From NCBI GenBank assembly GCA_035084275.1, contig CM068750.1, forward strand, positions 7,192,001-7,256,000: 64,000 nt of DNA. The letters run 5' to 3'. Of this stretch, positions 1 to 10,420 are shown one piece after another (within the stretch, counting starts at the first letter, position 1; every line of letters starts with the position of its first letter). This stretch comes from Hydrolagus colliei. Its lineage: Eukaryota. A model generated the notes under the pieces. The model made no database searches. It had not been told where the DNA came from and saw nothing but the letters and a program-made list of their open reading frames with translations. The translations under genes and the position numbers were made by a program.

Positions 1-45
1 TTTAATATCAAGAAGCCAGCAAAGGAAAATACAGCTTATATTGGC

Positions 46-190
46 AGTGCAGAAGAGCAATTGCAGTAGAGTCCCTGAAGGCAGGAAGGGACAAACCAAG
101 TAACTATAGGCCAGTGAGTTTAAAGTCAGTAGTGGGAAATTTGTCAGAATCCATCATCAGGTTGGAGTAAGGAAGCACTTGAATAAGTAA
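46..190 (+). mobile_element. CR1-type LINE ORF2 (reverse transcriptase N-terminal) fragment
   Basis: 78-161 translates KAGRDKPSNYRPVSLKSVVGNLSESIIR, matching the CR1 motif KKG..D.PGNYRPVSLTSVVGKLLESII. Confidence 0.85.
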
Positions 191-427
191 AGGGCAACCC
201 TGTTATTAAGCTTCTCGCTTGAATAAAATATTGCTTGGAATACAGAGTTCCTATGGATACTGTATCCATGTTTGTAGAATACACTGAGCAATGGGCTATG
301 GGTAACAGCTGGCCATTTTACAAACCTGGTTCTTCAGATTTCATTGAATGGACCTTAAATGTTACCTAAAATTTTCCAAACCAGGGATTACCGACTTGAT
401 AGCTGCAAGTGGAGACCTGTAGCAGGT

Positions 428-795
428 GGAGTTCCCATAGCTCAGTGGTTAGAGCACTCGCCTCGCAAGCGAGAGACTTGCATTCTATTCCTGGGAGGGC
501 AAAATGTTGGGCACGTTTCTTACTCCACATGCCTCTGCTTACCCAGCAGTTACTAGGAACCCAGTTGGTAGTCGATTGGTTGATAGTTTTTCCGGAGATA
601 ATAATCCTTTTTAAAAAATTATAATTTGGTCACTGAATCTCTGACTATTTGTGGACACTGCTGTGCACAATTGGCTACCACTTTGTGCCCACAAATAAAC
701 AGTCAATTCACTTTACAGTATATTCTGCAAAGCTCTTTGAGACATCGAGAAGACTTGAAAAGCGCGATATCAAATGCAAAGATTATTATTATTAA
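428..795 (+). mobile_element. tRNA-derived SINE family A, full length, long variant
   Basis: A-box tagctcagtggttagagc, degenerate B-box, body shared with copies at 46429 and 55122, L2-like tail gagacatc...aaaagcgcgatatcaaatgca and (TTA)n end. Confidence 0.9.
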
Positions 796-1813
796 TTAAT
801 GCAGCAAATCTATACTATGAACAAACGAGACCCTGTTGTCTTGAATCATATTAAAACCAGTCAGGGAATAGCACTGCAATCCACCTAGCCCAGTGAATAG
901 ATTCATAAGAATTCCCCTTTTAATGCTCTTGTCTAAAATTTGCAACAAGTTTGAAATAAAAGAAACCCTATCAATCTAAGAACATTTGTACGATAACTCA
1001 CTTGTGGAAAGAAAATGTTTTAGAAATCCATGCAGTATCTTGCAATGTCACTATCATATAGATTCTTCGAAAGGCAGGTAACAAACTGGGTAATTTGTCA
1101 GAGAATGAGATACATTCTCTTTGGACTTAAGGTTAAAAAAAAATTGATCAAGTGTAACATCTGTAAAAATGGACTGTAAATTGTCGAGCTTCACAAGCAA
1201 AAGGTAACATCAAAATGTACACTATCTTTTGAACATTGGCATTGAATACATGGAAGTAAATCATTGTGGGAGCTGTTATTCAGTCAAGAATGTAATTACA
1301 TACCTTCAAATAAAACTTAAAAGGACACAACAAGTTATAAAATGTATGTTTTCAGCAGGAGGCATAAAGGAATGTCAAGAAGGTAAAAAAATGCTAACAT
1401 CCTCATGTTGGCTTCTATCTGAGGATTAAAAGCAAATACTTAAATTCCAAAGGAATATGTAGCTAAGTGCAGGTATGTAAATACAGTACCTCTCCGGTAG
1501 TCATTATAGTGTATACTCTGTGGTTAAAGTTTTAGTTTTATTATAACATAGAAAAGTTCAAGTTATTTGTTTATCATTTAGAAATATTTTTACTGTTTAC
1601 ACCTTCAACTAGAAGAGCTCAATGGCCTGGGCCCCAAACACCTTCACCTTTCTCCTCAATGCTGCTCTGACTTTGGTTGGCAGAAGCCTCTGGGAGGCAG
1701 GACTGATCATGTATGGTTATTCACTGTGTTGCCTCCAAAAGCCAAAATTGCTGAAGACAGAACTGGAATGTGCATGATCTGGTCAACCCCAACTGAGATC
1801 AGCTAATTCATCA

Positions 1814-1996
1814 TAACAACAAACAACAAAATTACATTTATAGAGTGTCTTTCACGTCGGGAGGGAGCTGAACGATGCTGAAAGCGCTGTACAGTCAGAT
1901 CGGGAATCGAGCACTGGGTAGGGGGAAGGGGAAGGAGAGTAAGAGAGGTGGAAGAGTTAGGAGGGAAGTGGAAGGCACGGTCGAAGAGGAAGGTCT
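1814..1996 (-). mobile_element. L2 LINE 3' end
   Basis: Reverse complement of cccgacgtgaaagacactctataaatgtaattttgttgtt with the pyrimidine-rich 3'UTR; matches the end of the ORF-bearing copy at 49584-50320. Confidence 0.85.
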
Positions 1997-2920
1997 TGAG
2001 ACTTTTCAACGGCCTGATAAGACGCTCTATCAACTGCACGGATTGTTTTTACTATGATAATCAAGGGATGAATAAACACCCGATTGAAAAATAAATTTCA
2101 CAGAAAAATAATAATGACTGAGGTCTGTAGATGGTTCACCTGGTAAATTCTGAGAAATTGGAAAACTGGAGATGTACTATCTGAACTCAAACTTATTAAA
2201 TGGTCACTTGGGTTTATTGTCAAACAGCAGGTGGCACCCATGGAACTAGACCCAAATATTAAAGAAATGGAAAGGAAAGACATTGAACCAAAGCAGTCAC
2301 ATTTGTATTGAAAATAATTCATAGTTTCAGATTTTTGTTTAAAAAAAAAGCTGTCTTTAGAAAAACCCTTCTCTGTTCTGCCCCTGCAAGGATATAAAGT
2401 ATTTTCTGATTCTCATGGAGTGGTTCTCTGAACAACTAAATGTTAAGTAAGGATTGTTCTAGCATACAATTGCTATCATATAACTAAATGAAACCAGCTG
2501 GTATTGAAAATTCACATTACAAAATGTGTTTGTATTAACAATGACATGTGTATGTTATTTCAAGGTATAAAACAGCACTTTGAATATTAAGTGCTGAATG
2601 TCAGAGGAGCATTGTTGTCAACAAAATGCTTTTCAGAACCCTTTATGTTTCAGGAGGAAGAGCAGCTCCGGTAAAGTTATGCCAGGTGAAGTGTTAGATT
2701 AGCGCAATGAAGTGTAAATGACAAGTGGTTGTGCAATGCAAAAAGATGATTAAAGTTTTGTTTTGTAAGTTACATTTATCAGCTTATCAAATTTAGTTGC
2801 TACAACCAATAAAAAGGCCGATGATAGCCAGTGAGGAGCAGGAACTTGTGAATAATAATTCCCGATGGTAATGGGATGGAAGGCATGGCAATCCATGGAA
2901 ACATCAGATAGTTCAATGCA

Positions 2921-3173
2921 TAATAATAATAATCCTTACATTTGATATGGTGCTTTTCACATCTTCTAGACGTCTCAAAGCACTTCATGGAATACACTGT
3001 AAAGTGAATTAACTGTGGACGAAATGCGGCAGCCAATTGCACACAGCAGTGTCCCACAAACAGTCGTGGATTGAAAATGACCCTTTTTTTTTGAGGGATT
3101 ATTATTAGGCATGTGGAGTACAGAAACTTGCCCAAGGTTTCGCCCTGCCTGGAATTGAACCCAGGTTTCTTGC
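2921..3173 (-). mobile_element. SINE family A, 5'-truncated, short variant
   Basis: (TAA)n tail at left, body colinear with 46429-46733, B-box gggttcaattcc at right; possible TSD tgcata. Confidence 0.9.
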
Positions 3174-3299
3174 ATAGATTATATTTGGCGTGGCAATCGT
3201 ACATATCAGCATGATGTACATCTGACTCTTGACAAAAAAGGCGGTATATAAATGCAAATTGTTGTTGTTGGTAACCAGCAGGAGTTGGTTTGCTGGATC

Positions 3300-3648
3300 G
3301 AGCTGGGTATGAGCTGGCTATATTCACCTCAGAAGGTTTGAGTACTACATTAGAACATTAAACTCATATAGTCCAGGCAGCCACTCCAATACAGTGTACG
3401 GAAAGAGATGCATTACATGGATATTAAACTGCGGTCCTTCTACCTGTTCTAAAGACCCATGGCACATACAAAATGATAAGAGAGTTTCTCCTGGTCCCCT
3501 GGCCAACAATTCCTCTAGTCAAATTTGATTATTCACTTCACATTTTGGGATAGTGCTGAGCCAGGTGGTTGCCTACAAAATGTACAATCATTATACTTTA
3601 CATGAATCCCATGAAGCTCTTTGAGATGTTTCAACAATATGCTATATT
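3300..3648 (+). mobile_element. Old Deu-domain SINE (SacSINE1/AmnSINE-like)
   Basis: aaagacccatggcac...gagtttctcctggtcccctggccaaca resembles the Deu core; L2-like tail gctctttgagatg. Confidence 0.7.
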
Positions 3649-5309
3649 ACTTGCGAAGGTGAACACTATTATCTTCCTGTTATAATCAGTATGATTAATC
3701 TTTGATTTAGGTTGGCCATTTTTGCGTTTTTCTGATACATCAAATCATTCTATGAGGTGAATAGGGTTGTAAGATGCAACTGAATTGAACTTGAAGTCCA
3801 AAGCAAGAGCTCATCAAGATAGATATTGGAAGGTATTCAGATACTGATGAACTCTGCATTGCGTGGAATTAATGTTACACTCAAATCCTCTGCACAGATG
3901 TGGTAATCTCAAAAAATGGCAACCCGCACAGTGTGCATGCTGTCACTTGTTTTAGGTTTAGCTTCAAACTTTAAAGGCAAGTTTTTTTAAAAAAAGGAAT
4001 AAAAATGTACTATTCATCCGAGGCAAAACCCATCTGTATATTAATTACAGGCTTTACCGATTTGGAGTAGTCATTTAAAACAGCTAACTCATACTGCCTA
4101 GATTCAATATCGACTATTAGAGTATTGTGCAAGGCATATTAGTGCCCGATTTACATTCCACCTCCTGTCTGGGTGTCTTCGACAATTCATGTGGTTTCAC
4201 ATTCCTATTTTGTAGTCAGCCAAGCCGAGCTTGCTCTTGGATTGTTCAAACCAATCCAGAGTTCAACTGCTGTCAAAACTGTGGGAAAATTATGTCAAAG
4301 TGGTAATTATCGGAAGTCAGCAAAGTCTTCAGTAACAACATTCGAAAGGAAAATACATTCCAAACTGAATTTGACCTGACCTTAAGCAGAATTACTATCC
4401 ATCTGGAATACCTACGAGGAGATTTTCCACCACAGTTACTGTATTAAGGTTAGTATGTCCTTTATCTTGCCTGCCCTTTCTATCCCTGTGCACTCAAAAG
4501 GTTACTCTTTGAACAATTTATTTGAGGAAGTACATTTCCTGTTGCAGTTAAAAGTTACAAAAACAACCTAGGAACATGGAAAGCACATTAGAGACAATCT
4601 ACAGTGATGTAAGACACAAGAGTAATTTTCATCAACAATCTTTTCACTCCTTGTGAAATGGTTAATATACTGTATTACAACCTCAACTAAATACAACAGC
4701 AATCAATACACTCACGGTTTATATTTGAAGAAAGTACACAATACCACGTCGCCAGTGTAAGAACGACTTACTGTCTGAACAATACTAATTAACTACATTA
4801 TGCTTCAGTGTAAGTTCAGCACAGAGGCAAGCTCTGGTTTGGTTTCTCAATAGTAAAGATGAAACAAAACTGCCAAACATCTATCTATGTTTCAACCTGC
4901 GGAGAGGCTTACCTCATTTATTTTGAATTTCATTTTTTTTATCCTTCCGGTGACACCTTTATGCAAAGGTTCTCCAAAGTAAGTCTTCCCCTGCTCAGCT
5001 GAACTCTACCTGTGTCTCTCAAAAATATTCCCATGGTTACTCATCGTTATTCCCACGACTTTTTGCACCAACACAGGTCTGCAAGACCGATTGCGTCATG
5101 TCAGTTTTTACCTTCACATAAACTAGATATTAAAAAACATGGCAAACTGCAATGCAAATATGGAAATAGTTGATCTAATCAAATATGTCTTATAACAACC
5201 AATATTGGATCAACTTGATTTTTTAGCTGGAGACAATTGAAAAATCACACCAGTTGAGAAATAACATAATTATAATCCGACTCCATTAGATAACACAGTT
5301 AGTAAAGAA

Positions 5310-5698
5310 TCTAAGGCATACAGACCAGGAAGGTTCCTTGTTGAATAATTTTTTTCTAGTACAGTAATTCTTCCATCAAACAAATGATTTGCTTACCCAA
5401 ACAGCAGTAAGGTTATTGCAGTAGGCCTATCAGCAGGGGTTAATCTGCTAGGTTTCCCATTCCTCATTTTTGTCAGTGATCCCTGCTGAAAAGTAGGTTT
5501 GTGTGGCTGTCAGTTGAATACAAGGATCAAGCTCCACTGTGACACCCATCAAATATGAATTGCCTGCCAACCCTTGTAACCTGGGCTGCCCTTACAACAT
5601 TAAGAATGGATGGAGTGAATGAGATACCAGAGGGTGACTAGCACCTATGGAACTGTACCCCGCATAAACACTGGGAATTCAGGAGAGGATTGGTGGGG
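5310..5698 (+). mobile_element. Old tRNA-headed interspersed repeat, family C
   Basis: cagaccaggaagg...cagtgatccctgctgaaaagt...aagaatgg...atggaactgtaccc shared with 24535-25055, 60055-60335 and the reverse of 35195-35540. Confidence 0.7.
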
Positions 5699-5870
5699 GG
5701 ACATCATTTTAAAAAAAAATAAAACAGAAAGGATTTGTTTAAAGCAGCCATGAATTGCATTTTCACATTTCGTTGATTCCTGAAACAAAAAGCACAACTG
5801 TTTTGACAACAGGAGGAAACATTTCTTCCATTTTCAGTAAACATATTTACATTTCCGGAGAGCTGTGTAC

Positions 5871-5916
5871 GTGGTGGGGTGGGGGTGTGGGGGTAGGGGT
5901 GGGGGGGGGGGGGGGG
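5871..5916 (+). repeat. G-rich simple repeat / potential G-quadruplex
   Basis: Several runs of 4 or more G ending in a long poly-G tract. Confidence 0.85.
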
Positions 5917-8359
5917 AATACTGGTTGATCAAAGAATCAACGCTCTGCTTGGATCTGGATTCCTGAAACCTCCAGTTACTGGACAGCAGAAATGTCTCGG
6001 TATTGCAGAGTTCTTAAGCTTACCTTATCTCCCATTATATTTTAATGATAGAAAATTGGAAGGATTGGACAATAGTTGTACAGATCCAGCTCACGAATTG
6101 TCCTTTATACTTTCACTCAAGGACAATTCTTTCCACAAGTCTTGTGCTAAGTGAATGTTTCTTCCTATATGTAGCCCTTCATGCCATGTAAACTACTTGA
6201 AGAACTTGGGTGATAACGTTGCCAGCAAGAGCTAAATGCAGGGCATAGAATGATATTCTAAAATGCTTGTTGGTGTTAATTCATAATTTAGGCTTAAGTC
6301 ACTAAATTATTAGACTCTAGAATTTTTCTGAGCTGTTTTGACTCCTCGTAAAAAATAATTTTATCTCACGATGACCTCCATGAAGAGGATAGCTTTAATC
6401 CAATTTATACTTCAATTTCAGAAATGTTTAAGTATACAAACACTGATGAAGTCTGAACCTGTGTCCAAATAAGTAGGAAAACCCACCCCTATTGAATGAT
6501 TCAATGTAAATTGCTACACAGAGTCAGTCTAATATGTTTATCCTGCTGGAGCTTGCAGTAGCCAGGCAACAGAGACCCTAATAGTGCCATCTGACATCAC
6601 CTCATTGGGAGAAACTCTACGTCTTAAAACTACGCAGGCATGTATAGTCTGTTATCTGTAAACTAGAGCTTTCCTGCCAAGAGGCCCACCTCTTATTTAT
6701 CCTGAGCGGGAACGCACATAGTCCCAGATTGATCTTAAGCAGAGTCATTCCAAGATACATCTCTTAACAGTGAATAAATGTAACACTTTTGAAGGAGAGC
6801 TATCTTCAATAGCTTATAAACACACGCAATAAGTCAATTCATTGCCATATTTCATAGAGACCCGTGTGGATTTTTTATTGTATCAATATATTTGACGTTC
6901 TGCATGATCAGAAACTCCAAACAAATAACTAATTTGAAGACTAGCTAGAACAGTAATCGAAATAAATATATTACAACATTGTTTCAATATACAGTACTGT
7001 ATGTTGTTTCCATTCTATTCATATCATCTACCCAGATTGTTTTTCAATCTAAAAAACTCATCCTATTCTTCCTCAACTCAATGAACTATACAGTAGTTGC
7101 ACCTGAGGCAACTTTCTCTTAGTACATCTACTCTCAGATGATTGCTCAATGATGCCTGGTGTTGTCTCTCTATGTTTTCTTTGCAAAGATCTGCCTAGCC
7201 TCCACTTAATGCATAGAAATTCTAAGATTTAGTCATGTTTTGGGAGCAAAAATACAAGAGCAGCAGATGGAAATGCAAAAAACACAACATTAACAACAAC
7301 TTGCACTTATATAGTGCCCTCCACATACAGAATTTTGACTTTTATAGACTTGCTGATACTGAGTAGGAACATATCAAATGCAAATGTTGCAGTTAACAAA
7401 CTATCACACATACACAATTGTTCAAGATTTGTAACTGACCTGTGCCTTTCCACAAACTAGATTGCTGGTCTGTGAGAAGGCTGATCACTTACATGCACAC
7501 AGCCAGAAATTATGGCAGCAGCGCATTTGGCAGCATCCATTTAGCGAAAAATAGACCAGTACCAAATGATGGTTTGCTGTTAAATATTAACCCATTCATG
7601 AGCTCACTTGGTGAATCACTATTAACCTAATTAGAAATGTTATAATGGCATTTAAATTTAATGTCATCCCAGCTATGCACTGCTCATTGATTGTTTATCA
7701 ATTTTCCCCTAGTGAAAGGGTTAAATAAAGAAATGTATGAATGCCCTTATAGATCATGTTAACAGCCATTGAAATTCCTCCAATAAACCTCTTCTTAATT
7801 TATGGATATTCGATTAGCTGTTGTTCCTAATAACCAAATTTACTTTCCAATTGATAAACTGTTTCCATGCGTCTCCCTCTCATATAGTCTGGAGAAGAGA
7901 TCAGTTATCTGTAGCAGGATCAGGAGGCAGTACTTGCTAATTCATCTGGAGAGACAGTATTTTGCACACTCCATCTTGCACGCTGGCTGACAGGTAATGC
8001 AGGCTACCGTGCAGCGCTGGGCACAGTGAAGAGTATGGAACGAAGCTGACTCATGCCTACAATCCCTAGAGGTAAGAAAAGAACATCATGACCACTGAGT
8101 TTGGAGGCCACTTTACAAAGTACGTCTTGTTCTCATGGTGTATGAATGGTTCGAAAACAATTTTGAGACAAAAAAACAATCTCGATAATGTAGCTGGAGG
8201 CTCTTTTTAATAGTTTTCATGGAAATATTTGTTCCAAAAAAAATCATTGTCTTTGCACTTTTGTTTCTGTGACTTTGCCTCCGCACTTTGGCAATCTTTC
8301 CAAACCAAGATGACTGATAGACATTGGCATTTTAACTCACTGAGAGATGCTTTATTATA

Positions 8360-8545
8360 GCTTAACTCCCCTTTCTCCCTACATCCCATCACCCCACTCC
8401 CTACTTGGGGCACTATGGATGATCTAAGAGGCCTTACTGTTGCCCAGGCTGAGATCAATGATTCAATGCAGATTACAATTCAAACATGCAATTGTGGTCT
8501 GTGTATCTCAGCACTGTACAGCTTTAACAACTAGGGACATTGGGG
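8360..8545 (-). mobile_element. Family C fragment (5' half)
   Basis: ggctgagatcaatgattca...tggtctgtgtatctcagcac is the reverse of the family C head. Confidence 0.6.
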
Positions 8546-9139
8546 ATATTTAGCAATTTTCTTTAAAATCCACTTCTCATTACCTCTAAAAGAAGATAGA
8601 TTCATAGATTCACCATTTTGGTAACATTTAATTGTTTTGTTAATCTCCGAAGTATCATAATATTTTGCAGTCATCCATTAAGCTTTTTAGTGAGATGGTT
8701 TAGCAGTTGAGAGCTTGTCATTGTGCTGTTAACACTGAGCACTGGAATCTGAGCAAGCTTTTCCCCAGCTAAAGAAACAGAAAATTCAGCTGTGATAGAA
8801 GTTTGCGAGTTCTGCTGACATAAATTAAGCTGATATCATCACCATCAGAGGCCTATAAAACTGATTTATTATAAATACTGTTCTCATTTGTTTACAGCTT
8901 AAATTCTTTGGTTCTGGGCAATTAGCACATCAGCCATCTCTCAAAGTGACAGGTGCTTAAAATGTAGGTTACAAAAGCTTTTGGAGGCAAAAAAAAGACT
9001 GAAGGAGGATGGGAAATCAAATACATTTTGAAAAAAAACCTGCTGATACCTCCACTGTTGAAACATTTATAGCACACGACTACACACACCTACATGCTTA
9101 CATATGTAGCTCAAGATCAGAAGTAAAGTCAAGGATGTA

Positions 9140-9330
9140 AAGTAGGTCATTTAGCCCATTGAAGGTCAGTCTTCTAGTACAGTAATTCTTCCATCAAACA
9201 AATGATTTGTACTTTGAGTAACCCCCAATATTTTTGCCATCGTCAATTTGCTTGTAGATTATTCTAAACACTTATCTCTCCTTGAGCAAACTTATTTTCC
9301 TGACATCTGTTCTAAATTGAGATTTCACTC
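9140..9330 (-). mobile_element. Degraded CR1 3' end
   Basis: agtaggtcatttagccc at the left end resembles the reverse of the CR1 terminal motif seen at 27920 and 31120. Confidence 0.45.
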
Positions 9331-10299
9331 ACTTCCTTTTTGTGCTCTGGCTCTCTGGAAGAAGCAAGTCCCTTACCATCTCTCTTTGTTTCAAAAAGAG
9401 TTTGTGTGTCTGTGTGTGGTTGTTGGGTGGGGGGTGAGAGGGGAGGAGCAGGATGGGAGAGGGGAATGTGGGACAAGTCAAAATGTAAAAGAACTGCCTT
9501 ACTTTTGAGGACTGTACCACTTTTAAAAAGATTTGTACATGCGCACACATATACAAACACTCCCTTTCCAGTTGTGCAAGGGCCGGCTGAGGTTGAACTC
9601 GAGAGATAAAGATCATTTGGTAACTGGTACTCAGCCCATAATGTTGTTTAAAATAAACTGAGTTTCAGTGGAGTTATGAAAGATTATTTTTTCATAAGAC
9701 AAAGGAATTTAGTGAAGGCTTGAAATCAGTCGGCTTTTCCTGTCACTTTGTTTTGATTGTGAGGCCACCTTATACTGTACCCCAAGTACATGCACATCTT
9801 ATTTATTCAGCTGGATCCATCGGGCCTGTGCTTCTTGTCTGATCCAACATATAAACAGATTTAGCAAGTGGTTGCTTTTTTTTTCTCCTCCCAGTGAGAT
9901 TGCCACTTAGGAAAGAGTGTGCGAGAATTAATGGAAGGGCAAAAATTCCACTTTAGAGCCAGCCCTGATGGGAACCACATTGCCATTCACTAAAAATGTG
10001 GAGAAAAAGGTGATGGATACTAAAAGAAGTTGACAGTTATTTGACCTCAGGTCTATTATCTCATTATCAAACCTATGAATATGAAACATCTGTGCTAAGA
10101 TTTGGAAATCATATTCCTTTCAATCAGAAACTAATCATATAACTAGTGTAGAATTGAATTGTGACCCAAATCTGAGACACATACCTTTCCCTCCCTCAGC
10201 TGTTTAAAACACAGTTTTGCTTTTTAACTGTTTTATGAAAGTGACAGGAGAAGCTGAAACAATCTTGAGCTGCGAAGAGAGGAACATTCATCATTGAAC

Positions 10300-10420
10300 A
10301 TGGGTGCAGTGTTGAACCACACAGATCAGCATGGTCTGAGACTGGGTCCACAGTTTTGGTTACATTAGTCATTCACAGTAAGTGCAGAAGTTGGTGCATT
10401 AATGGTCTCAGTATCTTTAG
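10300..10420 (+). mobile_element. Family C head fragment
   Basis: gaaccacacagatcagcatgg...ttagtcattcacagtaagtgcagaagttggtgc resembles 60055-60160. Confidence 0.45.

Noticed and set aside
428-500. tRNA-like sequences at 428, 46429 and 55122 as tRNA genes
   Set aside because: They continue directly into a shared SINE body and L2-like tail, and lack a complete acceptor stem and nearby poly-T terminator
2800-3327. 175-aa ORF, and similar peptides at 18845, 31624 and 46583, as a protein family
   Set aside because: The shared FVGHCCVQLAAAF...KCKDYYYY text is only the translation of SINE family A copies
4150-4160. Match to the first 11 nt of miR-1 on the minus strand
   Set aside because: The rest of the mature sequence and a precursor hairpin are absent
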